In this document: piece by piece, positions 30,542 to 41,155 of the stretch
How positions within the stretch are numbered: position 1 is the first letter of the stretch
Layout: the number at the start of each line of letters is the position of its first letter
Source: Candidatus Kapaibacterium sp.
Lineage (GTDB): Bacteria > Bacteroidota > Ignavibacteria > Kapaibacteriales > UBA2268
DNA length: 64,000 bases
Direction: 5' to 3'
Assembly (NCBI GenBank): GCA_963664875.1
Contig: OY761611.1
Location: 1,600,001-1,664,000 of the forward strand
Position numbers and translations under genes: made by a program
Notes under the pieces: model-generated
What the model saw: only the letters and a program-made list of their open reading frames with translations
Database searches by the model: none
Told to the model about the DNA's origin: nothing

Positions 30542-31378
30542 CTAAATCGTTTCGTTCACACCTGATATAGTTTTTAGTAAATCATTTTGTTTACGGAAGA
30601 ATTGCCGAGGATTGAAACCTGTCAGTTCTCTAAAATCTTTCATAAAATGAGCTTGGTCGTAGTAATTACTATCTGAAAGAAAGGAGTTGTAATCGAAATT
30701 GTTACGCTTTACCATTTTATTGAAAATTGCATTGACTCGTGCTATGCGTATTAGCTTTTTCATGCTGACACCAGTTCTTTTCAAGAATTTTCTTTGCAGA
30801 CTACTAACAGAGCAGTAAGCATTATCAATCATTTCGTGAAGAGGTTTATGCAAACAATTATCCAGAATATTGAGATAGATATTGTCAATAGTATCGCAAA
30901 TATACACCTCTCTTGAAATACTTTTGATAAACTCCGAGAATACTTCTATTCTCTCAAGATTATCTCTTTTTTTTTCAAGGAGTTCCCAAAGCCCATTAAG
31001 TGTGTCAGGAGTCTGTGTAATCGGATAAGGAGAAGATAGTAAATCTATTTTAAAAACTTTGGATAAAATTGAAGCATTGCATATAGCAATAAACGAATCC
31101 AAATTTCCATTTATCTTTAGCTGCAGTGGCTTATTAGCAATTGAAGCAATAAATAGGGGTTTGAGTTCGAAGACTTCAGGCATAAGCACCTTAGGAATAG
31201 CACCAAAATTGAAAACAATTGCAACATCGGGGCGCGGGATAAAATTGTCTGTCATTCCTACGCTTATAAAATCAGATTTGATGGTTTCAAAGTACCTAAC
31301 TAACCATTGGATTCCGGCATCCGGTTTATAGTAATTCGTAACCAAATTAGTTGAATTTTGGTGTGATATATCATTCAT
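30542..31378 (-). CDS. AraC family transcriptional regulator
   Basis: 'SLQRKFLKRTGVS', 'YYDQAHFMKDFRELTGFNP'. Confidence 0.88.
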   Translation of the reverse strand: MNDISHQNSTNLVTNYYKPDAGIQWLVRYFETIKSDFISVGMTDNFIPRPDVAIVFNFGAIPKVLMPEVFELKPLFIASIANKPLQLKINGNLDSFIAICNASILSKVFKIDLLSSPYPITQTPDTLNGLWELLEKKRDNLERIEVFSEFIKSISREVYICDTIDNIYLNILDNCLHKPLHEMIDNAYCSVSSLQRKFLKRTGVSMKKLIRIARVNAIFNKMVKRNNFDYNSFLSDSNYYDQAHFMKDFRELTGFNPRQFFRKQNDLLKTISGVNETI

Positions 31379-31634
31379 AGCCAACCTTTCAGCAATTGAA
31401 TATAAAGTAGTATATCCAAGCAATCCTCATTCTGAGGAGAAGTCTAAACAATCGAAATTGAATATTAGTATGAATATATTTCTACTAATTTATCACATTT
31501 TAAATCTAATTCCTATATAATTCTTCTTATTCAATCGAGAGAGTTGCTTTGTATTGGCAATTCTAATAATGGAAATGTGGTAAAATTGATTAACTTTGTA
31601 GTTAGCGTTTTTATATACAAATTTGTACTGCTAA

Positions 31635-32675
31635 ATGTCCGACAGAAAATTGATAAAATCATTTTTCCAGTTTCTTTTTTCTTTAGTATTGAGAAATAAG
31701 AAGCTTATGCAAGGAGTGGAGCCTTCGAAGCTAAAAAAAGTTTTGATTATTAGACACGATGCTCTCGGGGACATGATTATTACTCTCCCTTCAATTTATT
31801 TACTTCGTAAGTTGGCACCTCAGGCAAAGATACATATACTTGCATCCAAGCGAAACTTCAAAATCTTGAAGAATGTAAAAGAAATAGATAAGGTATTTAT
31901 AGCCGAAGACGGAACACCTGAGTTCTTGAAACAGTTACTTACCATGAAAGAAGAAAAATACTCTTTAATCATTACTGCCATAACTCAGAAAATAACAAAG
32001 CAAGGCTTGACAGCTTATATCATAGGTGGACGTAGCACTCCTAAAGCACTCTATTTCAGAGGAGATGATAAATATGTGTTCTTCAATTTCCAATCTAAAA
32101 TCGCACGTAATTATGTGATTGAGTGGGAAAGAATGTACGCTCTCTTTGCTGATACTCTATCTAATGAATTTGATATTGATGATATGGATATAAGACTCGA
32201 AAAAGATATCCAAGAATCGAGTTTAGTAAAGGAATACCTGGCTGAAAACAAAGTTGAACAATATATCGTAATAAATTTGTCAGCCGGTCAGGCACGTAAT
32301 GAACTATCAGAAGAAACCTATCGGGAGATACTCAAGTGCGTATCCGAGTTCGACACTTTTAAAATCATTTTTATCTGTATGAATAAAGATATGGAAAAAG
32401 CACGATTGCTTTCCGACAAAAACACTTTGCTTTATCCACCATCAGATATATTAAACATAACAGAACTGATAAGAAATGCTTCCCTATGCATTACACCGGA
32501 TACTTCAATCGTACACCTTGCCTGTGTGCTCAGGATACCAACTATCGGCATTTATTCCAATGACGAAGATGCTGCAAGCTGGTCTCCCTACAAAGTTGAA
32601 GGAGGATGTATTATGAATTATGAAAATTTGTCGGAAAGGCTTACTGATTACTGTAAACAAATCCTAACAAAATAG
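31635..32675 (+). CDS. Glycosyltransferase family 9 (heptosyltransferase-like)
   Basis: 'RHDALGDMI', 'TPDTSIVHLA'. Confidence 0.88.
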   Translation: MSDRKLIKSFFQFLFSLVLRNKKLMQGVEPSKLKKVLIIRHDALGDMIITLPSIYLLRKLAPQAKIHILASKRNFKILKNVKEIDKVFIAEDGTPEFLKQLLTMKEEKYSLIITAITQKITKQGLTAYIIGGRSTPKALYFRGDDKYVFFNFQSKIARNYVIEWERMYALFADTLSNEFDIDDMDIRLEKDIQESSLVKEYLAENKVEQYIVINLSAGQARNELSEETYREILKCVSEFDTFKIIFICMNKDMEKARLLSDKNTLLYPPSDILNITELIRNASLCITPDTSIVHLACVLRIPTIGIYSNDEDAASWSPYKVEGGCIMNYENLSERLTDYCKQILTK

Positions 32676-32678
32676 AGA

Positions 32679-33743
32679 ATGGCAAAACCAAATAAAATAA
32701 AAAAGATAATACTTAAGATTCTTTCTTTTTTCTTAAAAAACAAGAGATATGAAAGGGGTATCAATCCGGATAAGGTAAAAAAAATACTGGTTATCCGAAA
32801 CGATGCTTTGGGCGATATGCTTATTACTATGCCTGCCCTTGCTTTATTAAAGCAAATCGCACCGAGAGCAGAGCTTCATGTTTTAGCGTCTAATAAAAAT
32901 TATCGCCTATTAGAAAACGACAGCAATATCGATCGTATTTTTATTGACGAAACTTCAACAATAAAGAAACTAAAACAAGCGGTTGATTTAAGAAAAGAAA
33001 GCTACGATGTAATAATATCTACAATTTATGTTGGAATTACTAAACAGGGACTTTTAGCCAACATCATTGGCGGAAGACAATGTTTTAAATCTTTACTCTA
33101 TTCCGGCGAGGATAAATATACTTATTTCAATTTCCAATCTAAAATTGCGGAAATGCAAATACCTATGTGGGAAAAAATGTACGCTCAGTTTGCTGACACT
33201 TTTGATTACCCCATAGATTTCAACAATATTATTCCTTATCTTGAAACCGGTGATAAAGACAAATTAGCACTGAAACAAATATCAGAGACTTATTCTCTCA
33301 AGCATAAAGACTATATAGTAGTTAATCTATCTGCAGGTCAGGAAAGAAACCAAATTTCGCAAAGCGAGTATGTGGAAATCTTAGACATTATCAACAGAGT
33401 TTTCCACACGAAAATTGTACTTATCCACATGCCTAATGAAAGTAATATAGCGGAAGGACTATGTAACGATAATGTCATAGCTTTAAGCAATCTTGATATT
33501 TTGACAGTTGCAGAGCTAATACGAAATGCGATTTTGTGCGTTTCACCTGATACAGGAATTGTGCATCTTGCTTCAGCTGTAAGGACAGCGACTATAGCTA
33601 TTTTCAACAGCGAATATCATAGTAGATTTTGGGCTCCGTATAAAGTCGCCGGAGGGAAAATTGTCAGAGACAAAGATATGCTCTTTCAAATAGAAGAATT
33701 GGCAAAAAAAACAAAGCAACATTTAGATAAACATTACGAATAA
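32679..33743 (+). CDS. Glycosyltransferase family 9 (heptosyltransferase-like), paralogue of upstream gene
   Basis: 'RNDALGDML', 'SPDTGIVHLA'; shares 'ITKQGL', 'FNFQSKIA', 'NLSAGQ.RN' with 31635..32675. Confidence 0.88.
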   Translation: MAKPNKIKKIILKILSFFLKNKRYERGINPDKVKKILVIRNDALGDMLITMPALALLKQIAPRAELHVLASNKNYRLLENDSNIDRIFIDETSTIKKLKQAVDLRKESYDVIISTIYVGITKQGLLANIIGGRQCFKSLLYSGEDKYTYFNFQSKIAEMQIPMWEKMYAQFADTFDYPIDFNNIIPYLETGDKDKLALKQISETYSLKHKDYIVVNLSAGQERNQISQSEYVEILDIINRVFHTKIVLIHMPNESNIAEGLCNDNVIALSNLDILTVAELIRNAILCVSPDTGIVHLASAVRTATIAIFNSEYHSRFWAPYKVAGGKIVRDKDMLFQIEELAKKTKQHLDKHYE

Positions 33744-33776
33744 ATATTTGACTATAAAACAAGGATTAGTAAAATC

Positions 33777-34787
33777 ATGTGGAAATATATATTTGTTTTA
33801 GCTCTTGTTCCTATTTTGGCTTTCTCTCAAAGTGGAACACCATTGCAGCAAGATTCAATTAAAAAAGTTATTCTCGGCAAAATTCAATTTGGTCCCGGAG
33901 CTGACAGTTTATCTGATTTCAAGTTTGAGGCAGCATTCAATATCGCTCTTAGTTTCGCTAAGAATTACAGATTAGTGCCTACAGATTACCGAGATTCTGT
34001 TATTAGCAGCCTTAAAGAGCACAATTCAAATGTAACCATGATAGACATTGCAAATGAATGCGACGCTGATATTATCGCTGTGGCAAATATAGGCATCTTA
34101 AAAAATATGATGCGGGTAGATTTGACTCTTGCAGATATAAGCAATAGGTTGAATTACAGAGGAGTTGGCTATGACTTGCTCAACTATAGAAAAATTGATG
34201 AAAAGCCACTTTACGACCCCACTTTAGTAACAGCTACGCAAAGAGCTTTTGCCGATGCATTAGAAAATGACAGTCTCTACAAAGACGCTCCGGAAGATTA
34301 CCGGGTATTGCCTGCAGCTCCACTGGTGGTAGGCGGTATCGAATTTATTAACGATTTGCCACCACAGGATTCTTTGATGACTTGGGATCTATTCGCAAAA
34401 AAAGAAATAAACTCCTTTGATGTATGTGAGTCTATATTTGAACAGGCAGCACTAAGCAAAAATTTTGCAACTTATGACCTTGATACTCGAGACTCGCTTT
34501 ACGCAATGCTCAATCTTTTTGGTACTGAGAACTATACGCCTCCGACTTCTATCGAGATTTTTGGATTGGCAAAAATTGAAGTTGAATATTATATAACAGG
34601 CAAATTAACGCAGCTTCCTTTCGCAGCCCGGTTAGAACTTAGTTTGTTTAGAATCAATGCCCAAGGCGGAATATTTGAAATTAATAATGTTAAGGGATTA
34701 CTTAAGCAAGACAGCATTGACGAACTGCGAAAAGTAACCAAAAAGTTGACCCAAGAGCTATTAGAGCCGAAGTTAGATGAAGAATAA
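33777..34787 (+). CDS. Hypothetical exported protein
   Basis: 336-aa ORF with Sec signal peptide, in operon context. Confidence 0.6.
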   Translation: MWKYIFVLALVPILAFSQSGTPLQQDSIKKVILGKIQFGPGADSLSDFKFEAAFNIALSFAKNYRLVPTDYRDSVISSLKEHNSNVTMIDIANECDADIIAVANIGILKNMMRVDLTLADISNRLNYRGVGYDLLNYRKIDEKPLYDPTLVTATQRAFADALENDSLYKDAPEDYRVLPAAPLVVGGIEFINDLPPQDSLMTWDLFAKKEINSFDVCESIFEQAALSKNFATYDLDTRDSLYAMLNLFGTENYTPPTSIEIFGLAKIEVEYYITGKLTQLPFAARLELSLFRINAQGGIFEINNVKGLLKQDSIDELRKVTKKLTQELLEPKLDEE

Positions 34788-34907
34788 TTATGATTCTTCA
34801 TCTACTCCATCTTCTATCTAATTCGCTGTAGGAGCGACTAAGTATAAAATATTTGAGTGTTTTTATACTCTTTAGTGTTTTAATTCAACATTTTTGAAAG
34901 AATAATT

Positions 34908-35882
34908 ATGAGAAAATTTACAGTACTCATCGTTTTAGTCTTACTCAGTATAAGTTGCGGTGAATCTGCCTCCAAAAAGGTATTTGTAGTTAGCTCGCAC
35001 CCAATGTATGCTATACTTTCTGAGATTGTGGGCAACAAAGCAGATTTGCATAGATTAGTTCCACCCGGTGCTTCTCCCCACGCATACGCTCCTAAGCCTT
35101 CTGATTTGATGAAAGTAGAAATAGCCGATGCAATATTTTATACCAATGAAATGCTGGACTCATGGATTATAGATTTTAGCAACAAGAGCACAATAGCACT
35201 CTTTGATTTTGTACCTAAAGATAAACTTAATTTTTTTGTACCTCATCAACATAGTCACCCAGAAAATGAACAGGAAGATGCATCATTAACGCACGAACAT
35301 GATGGACACAGCCATGATACTGAAGCAAAAACAGGCAATGCCAAAGTCGAAAACATAGACATAACCGGCGATTCGCTTGTTCCTGACCCACACTTTTGGA
35401 TGAGCCCTAACACTGTAAGAGCAATTCTGCCTGCATTATTAGATACTTTAAGCAAATTGGATCCTGAAAATGCTGCATTTTATGCTGCAAATACAGATAG
35501 ATTTACAAAAAGGTTGGAACTTTTGGATAAGCAAATTGCAAAAGCACTTGCACCACATACAGGAAAAACTGTATTCCTGTTCCACCCATCAATGCTTTAT
35601 CTTTTGAGAGATTACAAAATAATATATGGCGGTAGCTTAGAAGAGATTCCCGGTAAGGAAGCAACTGCAAATCATATTAAACTTCTGGCAGACAAAATCA
35701 ACAGTGCCGGAGCCAAATCTATATTTTCAGAGCCCCAACTATCTCGTGCTCCCGCAGAAACTCTTGCCGAAGCAGCGAATGTCGCGATTTATATTTTAGA
35801 TCCGGTAGGGGGCACAGAAGGCAAAATCAGATACGCAGATTTAATTTTATATAATGTCAATACACTTAAAGTAGCCTTATAA
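34908..35882 (+). CDS. znuA: Zn/Mn ABC transporter substrate-binding lipoprotein
   Basis: 'GASPHAY', His-rich loop, 'DPHFWMSP', 'FHPS', 'IFSEPQ', 'LDP'. Confidence 0.85.
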   Translation: MRKFTVLIVLVLLSISCGESASKKVFVVSSHPMYAILSEIVGNKADLHRLVPPGASPHAYAPKPSDLMKVEIADAIFYTNEMLDSWIIDFSNKSTIALFDFVPKDKLNFFVPHQHSHPENEQEDASLTHEHDGHSHDTEAKTGNAKVENIDITGDSLVPDPHFWMSPNTVRAILPALLDTLSKLDPENAAFYAANTDRFTKRLELLDKQIAKALAPHTGKTVFLFHPSMLYLLRDYKIIYGGSLEEIPGKEATANHIKLLADKINSAGAKSIFSEPQLSRAPAETLAEAANVAIYILDPVGGTEGKIRYADLILYNVNTLKVAL

Positions 35883-36634
35883 TGGATATAGCAATAAAAA
35901 TCGATAGCCTAACTATAGATTACTCAGGCAAAACTGCTGTAGATAATCTGACAGTCAGTTTTGAAAAGGACAAATTCATTGCTATAGTCGGGCCAAACGG
36001 CTCCGGCAAATCCAGTCTGCTTAAAGCAATAACAGGACTAATCAAATGCTCCGCAGGAAGCATAATAGTGGACGGCATATCTAACGGGAAAGACAGAAGT
36101 AACATAATTGGCTATGTTCCTCAGATAAAAACATTAGATAGAAACTTCCCTGCAAAGGCTCTTGAATTAGTTGCCAGCGGATATAAAAAGAATTGGCCTG
36201 GACGACTGTCCAATTCTTTAAAATCAATAGCTCATGAAGCATTAGAAATTATCGGAGCCGGAAATCTGGCAGAAAAGCAGCTTTCCGAAATGTCAGGAGG
36301 CGAACTGCAAAAAATATATTTAGCAAGAGCTTTAGTCAAGAAGCCAAAGATATTGCTATTAGATGAACCTGCGACCGGCATAGATATGGTGTGTGAGCGT
36401 TCTTTAAATCACACAATAGAAGAATACAAGGCAGAGAACTCTGCGACTGTGATAATGGTAACTCACGATTGGTCATCGGCTTATTATCATGCAAATAATG
36501 TATTGTTATTAAACAAAAAAAAAGTATATTATGGTGCAGCAAAAGAAGCCTTTGATAATGCGAATCTACAGTTAGCATTTTCGCATCCAGGGCATAAACA
36601 CAATGTAGAATTTGGACTAAGAGAAAATGCTTGA
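35882..36634 (+). CDS. znuC: Metal ABC transporter ATP-binding protein
   Basis: GPNGSGKS, 'IGYVPQ', MSGGE, 'LLLDEP', 'VTHD', His-rich tail. Confidence 0.85.
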   Translation: MDIAIKIDSLTIDYSGKTAVDNLTVSFEKDKFIAIVGPNGSGKSSLLKAITGLIKCSAGSIIVDGISNGKDRSNIIGYVPQIKTLDRNFPAKALELVASGYKKNWPGRLSNSLKSIAHEALEIIGAGNLAEKQLSEMSGGELQKIYLARALVKKPKILLLDEPATGIDMVCERSLNHTIEEYKAENSATVIMVTHDWSSAYYHANNVLLLNKKKVYYGAAKEAFDNANLQLAFSHPGHKHNVEFGLRENA

Positions 36635-37436
36635 TATATTGGCAATGCCCTTCATGCTTAGGGCGTTTGCGGGGGGAATTATTATAGCATTCTTGGGAAG
36701 CTTTTTCGGCAGTTTTGTCGTTCAAAGAAAGATGAGCTTTTTGGGGAGCGGGCTTGCACATTCTGCTTTTGGTGGAATAGCATTGGGTCTGTTGCTCGGA
36801 ATAGAGCCTATATATGTGGCTTTCCCATTTACTTTAGCAGTAGCTCTAATAATCAATTACCTCTCAAAAAACACCCGAATATCGGCAGATACGGGCATTG
36901 GCGTTGTTTTTTCATTTGCCTTTGCTCTTGGCACTATTTTTATAGCATTGAAAGATAACTATAGCGTAGATGCTTTTTCTTATCTGTTTGGTTCGATTAT
37001 TACAACTAACTATTCAGATTTGATATTTGGCATTGTTGTCCTTGCAATCTCTGCAATAGCATCGTTTAAGCATTGGAATAACTGGGCTTATGCGACATTT
37101 GACAAAGATTTGGCGACAGCAGACGGTATAAATACTGATAGAGATGATTATATCCTGACTTTGCTAATAGCACTTACTGTCGTAGTCTCAGTGAAAATTG
37201 TCGGTATAGTGTTAGTAACTGCTTTTTTGGTGTTGCCTCCGGCAGCAGCCAAATTAATAAGCGATTCTTTTTATTGTTTAACAATCAGAGCAGTTATAAT
37301 AGGAATAATCAGTGTTGTCTTAGGACTGTTTACATCTGTGATGACAGATTTACCGTCCGGTGCTGTGATTATTATTATACAGACTTTAGTATTTTTCCTG
37401 TTTTTTGTAATCAACAAAGCGACTAAGAAAAGTTAG
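36627..37436 (+). CDS. znuB: Metal ABC transporter permease
   Basis: 'SFLGSGLAHSAFGG', 'YLFGSI', 'VGIVLVTAFLVLP', 'DLPSGA'. Confidence 0.85.
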   Translation: MLDILAMPFMLRAFAGGIIIAFLGSFFGSFVVQRKMSFLGSGLAHSAFGGIALGLLLGIEPIYVAFPFTLAVALIINYLSKNTRISADTGIGVVFSFAFALGTIFIALKDNYSVDAFSYLFGSIITTNYSDLIFGIVVLAISAIASFKHWNNWAYATFDKDLATADGINTDRDDYILTLLIALTVVVSVKIVGIVLVTAFLVLPPAAAKLISDSFYCLTIRAVIIGIISVVLGLFTSVMTDLPSGAVIIIIQTLVFFLFFVINKATKKS

Positions 37437-37605
37437 ACGTCAATCCGCCTAATTGCTTTAGTTTGTTGAAGATTGCACAATGCGAATCCCTTTAAATTTG
37501 CAAAAAACGGGATGTTGAGATTTTTGACTTTTCGATAAGTAAATACTATTTGTCTATCTAACTGTTATAGAGTATATTGATTAAGTTCCACAATCATTTT
37601 TCCAA

Positions 37606-40092
37606 ATGCGGGGCAATTTTATGTTAGCAAATTCTACTCCACCTAAGATAATTATATCATTATTTTTCATGGTGATACTGGCGTTCGTATCTCCTAATAC
37701 AGTTTATTCTCAGTCAAACACAGGCAGCCAAAACGAAAAAAATCTCTTCCAAGATGAATACGGGGAACTGGATTCGGAGGGAGAAGTTGAAATCATCGAA
37801 GATGCCTTTGTCCTACAAACATTAGAAAAGTCGAGGCAAAAATACCTTAAAGCACTGATTTTGATAGAAAGAGGCGACACAACCTCAGCAGCTAAGTATT
37901 TTAATCAGGCTATTGAAGATTTGAACATCATAGCCAGCTATCCCAATATAGAAAAAAATGAAAATTTTACTGACCTCGCTCAGCTAATCATCGAAGATTA
38001 CGAAAACTTTGTGGATAATATCAATGATCTTGATGTTGGCTCGAATATTTTTATCATCAGAGAAAAACTATTCCAGGAAGTCGAAACTTACGAGATTATT
38101 GACTTAGATAAATTCCAAGCCCAAGCAGGTCACGAACCTGAAGGGAAGCCTGGATTTATTGATCCTCCTGACTCTTTAGAAATAGATATGCCTGTCAATG
38201 ACTTTGTAAAAAGAAATATTGCGTTTTGGACTAATCCAAAGCGTGGCGAAAAAGTCTTCTATCGCATACTCTCTCGTACTTCCCGCTATTTACCTATGAT
38301 ATTTCGAATAGCAGAAGAAGAAGGATTACCTAAAGAAATAGCTTATCTTGCTATTACCGAATCTGCATTAAGACCGGATGCAGTTTCAAGAGCTAAAGCT
38401 GTGGGTTTGTGGCAATTTATGAGAGCAACCGGCGAAATGTACGGACTCAATGATGCGAGTGATTCTTACTGGGTGGACGAACGAAGAGACCCTGAGAAAG
38501 CAACAAGAGCAGCAATGAGACACCTTAAAGACCTTTATGTACGCTTTGGTGATTGGCATTTGGCATTCGCAGCATATAATTGCGGTGCGGGATGTGTCAG
38601 TAGGGCTATCAGAAGATCAAAAATGTCTAATCCAAATTTTTGGGATTTAGTAACATACTTACCTAAAGAAACCAAATACTATGTACCTTGGTATATAGCT
38701 ACTTCAATGATTGCAATGAACCCTGAAGCTTACGGTTTCAATTTAGACTCAGTTGAGTTTCAGGAAGAATACAAATATGATGTTTTTAAACTTCATGAAC
38801 CGGTGAATATTACTGCTCTTGCGAAATGTGCGGAAATCACTGTAGAAGAGCTTTTAGAGCTTAATCCTGAACTAATCAAAGCGACTACTCCTCCGGATTT
38901 GCCTGAATACGAACTAAAAATCCCGGCAAACACCTATTCTCAGTTTGCTGTCAACTATGACTCTCTGACTATTCAAGACAAACAGCCATGGTTTGAGCAT
39001 ATTGTTCAGAAACGTGAATCATTGAGGACTCTTGCTACTAAATATAAAGTATCAAGATATGACATCGCTTTACTAAATAATATCGAGCCAAGAGCTCGTT
39101 TAAAACGAAATGATGTTATAAAAATTCCTATCAGTCAGGAAGTTGACATAGAAGAATTAGCAGCAGCAACCGGGGTGTCCGAAGGTAGTGAAGATATCTA
39201 TCACGTTGTAAAACGTGGTGAAACGCTTTCTTCGATAGCACGCAAACATGGTGTTAGAATCACTGCTCTAAGAAATTTGAACAACATATCTTACAGCAAT
39301 GACAAAATACATCCTGGGCAGAAATTGGTAATTGCCAAAGCACCGGCGAAAAGGCAGACTGCAAAACAGAATGACAATTCTGATCTTGCAGCAAAAACAG
39401 CTCCTAAAGTCAAAAACGCACCTGCGGCAAATAAACAACAGGATTTAGCTTCTGCAGGAGCTGATGATGACGACGAAGAAGAATTAGCAGAGGAAGAAGA
39501 AACTGAAGAAGAAGTTTCCGCACCTGCTCAAAAACGAACAAAAGTAGAAAAAATACAACAACCGGTAATTGTGAAGCATACTGTGAAAAAAGGCGAAAGT
39601 TTATTCTCTATCAGCCAGCTTTACGATGTACCCGTTGAAGTAATCACACAAGACAATAGAATCAGAAATGACCATATTTATCCTGAGCAGATATTGAAAA
39701 TCAGAACGAATGCAGGTGATGTAGCATCTAACAAAGCAAAAGTTGAAGCTGCAAAACCTCAGATGATTGTTCATAAAGTGAAAAACGGACAATCTTTAGG
39801 TCTGATAGCTCAAAGATACGGTGTAAAAGAATCGCAAATTAAGCAGTGGAATCCTGATCAGGTATCAGGCAATACAATCTTTGCAGGTTCGAAACTAAAA
39901 ATTTATCCTGACGAAACTTACAAAGGCAGCACGAAATCCAATAGTACTCCTGTATATTACACTGTCAGAAAGAATGATACTCTTGCAAAAATTGCTCGTA
40001 AATACGGAGTATCAGTTAATCATTTAGAAAAAATGAATAAGAACCTAAATCCAACAAGGATGCAGGTAGGCGACAAAATTAGAATTCAATAG
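37606..40092 (+). CDS. MltD-like lytic transglycosylase with multiple LysM domains
   Basis: SLT motifs 'ITESAL', 'AVGLWQFM', 'DERRDP', 'AAYNCG', 'LPKET..YVP'; five LysM-like repeats; alternative start at 37621. Confidence 0.92.
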   Translation: MRGNFMLANSTPPKIIISLFFMVILAFVSPNTVYSQSNTGSQNEKNLFQDEYGELDSEGEVEIIEDAFVLQTLEKSRQKYLKALILIERGDTTSAAKYFNQAIEDLNIIASYPNIEKNENFTDLAQLIIEDYENFVDNINDLDVGSNIFIIREKLFQEVETYEIIDLDKFQAQAGHEPEGKPGFIDPPDSLEIDMPVNDFVKRNIAFWTNPKRGEKVFYRILSRTSRYLPMIFRIAEEEGLPKEIAYLAITESALRPDAVSRAKAVGLWQFMRATGEMYGLNDASDSYWVDERRDPEKATRAAMRHLKDLYVRFGDWHLAFAAYNCGAGCVSRAIRRSKMSNPNFWDLVTYLPKETKYYVPWYIATSMIAMNPEAYGFNLDSVEFQEEYKYDVFKLHEPVNITALAKCAEITVEELLELNPELIKATTPPDLPEYELKIPANTYSQFAVNYDSLTIQDKQPWFEHIVQKRESLRTLATKYKVSRYDIALLNNIEPRARLKRNDVIKIPISQEVDIEELAAATGVSEGSEDIYHVVKRGETLSSIARKHGVRITALRNLNNISYSNDKIHPGQKLVIAKAPAKRQTAKQNDNSDLAAKTAPKVKNAPAANKQQDLASAGADDDDEEELAEEEETEEEVSAPAQKRTKVEKIQQPVIVKHTVKKGESLFSISQLYDVPVEVITQDNRIRNDHIYPEQILKIRTNAGDVASNKAKVEAAKPQMIVHKVKNGQSLGLIAQRYGVKESQIKQWNPDQVSGNTIFAGSKLKIYPDETYKGSTKSNSTPVYYTVRKNDTLAKIARKYGVSVNHLEKMNKNLNPTRMQVGDKIRIQ

Positions 40093-40117
40093 TTCCATTT
40101 TGTTATATATTTTAATT

Positions 40118-40154
40118 CGGAACGACAAGCTGATTGTCGTTCCGTCTTTGTTTT
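40118..40154 (+). terminator. Intrinsic terminator-like hairpin
   Basis: cggaacgacaa-gctga-ttgtcgttccg followed by a T-rich tail. Confidence 0.65.
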
Positions 40155-40177
40155 AATTACAGCGGTTGATTTAAAAG

Positions 40178-41155
40178 ATGAAAATCCTAATTGTTCAGCT
40201 CGGTCGCATTGGAGATATGATATTGCTAACTCCTGCAATAGATGCAATCAAAAGCAAGTACCCAAAATCACAACTGGATATACTCGCAGGAAGACACAAC
40301 TATCAGGCTATAAAAAATAATCCGAGTATAGACAACATCATTGTTTACGAAAAATCACCTTTGAAACTATGCAAAACACTAGGCAATCTTATCAAGACTA
40401 AATATGATTATTATATAGACCCCAAAGATCATAAGTCATCAGAAAGTAAAATCTTGGCGACAATCGCGAGAGCTAAACAAAAAATCGGACTCAATATTGA
40501 CAGCAGCAAAGTATTTGATTATTCTATTCCATCCGAATCTGACAATCAGGGTTTGCACTTTTCGCAGAGAGCTTTCAGAGCATTAAATCATCTTTATATA
40601 GAAACGCCTGCAATAGTTCCAAAGCCATTTCTATACAATACGCAAGATTCATTGGAATACGTAGATAGATTTATCAATGCCGAACGGCTCGATTCCTTTA
40701 TAGTCCTCAACCTCTCGGCAAGTATGGAACATAAAATGTGGGATACTGAGAACTGGATACGACTATTTAACGAATTTGAACATCTGCAGGAAAAAACTGT
40801 GTTGTCTTATGCTCCTGCAGAGACAGAAAAGGCAGCACTATTGCTAAAGAGCTGCCCCCGTATTCATAATTTCAAATCCAAAAGCCTCCATGACGCGATA
40901 GCACTTATCTCTAGATCAGATTTATTAATTTCGCCGGACACTGCAATGGTTCATGTTGCAGCTGCATTTAATATCCCTTTGCTTGGATTATATAGCGGCT
41001 TAGATGATTTCTACGACAAATTTTTCGCAGCTTGCGATCATAAGATTATTATTCGTGCAAAAAATGGGGACTATGGAATCAAATCTATAGAATACGGTCA
41101 GGTAAAAGCTGGTCTAATCAAAACACTTACTCTATTACAGGAAAATAAATCATGA
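40178..41155 (+). CDS. Glycosyltransferase family 9
   Basis: 'QLGRIGDMIL', 'ISPDTAMVHVAAAF'. Confidence 0.88.
   Translation: MKILIVQLGRIGDMILLTPAIDAIKSKYPKSQLDILAGRHNYQAIKNNPSIDNIIVYEKSPLKLCKTLGNLIKTKYDYYIDPKDHKSSESKILATIARAKQKIGLNIDSSKVFDYSIPSESDNQGLHFSQRAFRALNHLYIETPAIVPKPFLYNTQDSLEYVDRFINAERLDSFIVLNLSASMEHKMWDTENWIRLFNEFEHLQEKTVLSYAPAETEKAALLLKSCPRIHNFKSKSLHDAIALISRSDLLISPDTAMVHVAAAFNIPLLGLYSGLDDFYDKFFAACDHKIIIRAKNGDYGIKSIEYGQVKAGLIKTLTLLQENKS

Noticed and set aside
39460-39515. Low-complexity GAA/GAT run in the MltD-like gene
   Set aside because: Encodes an ordinary acidic linker between LysM domains.
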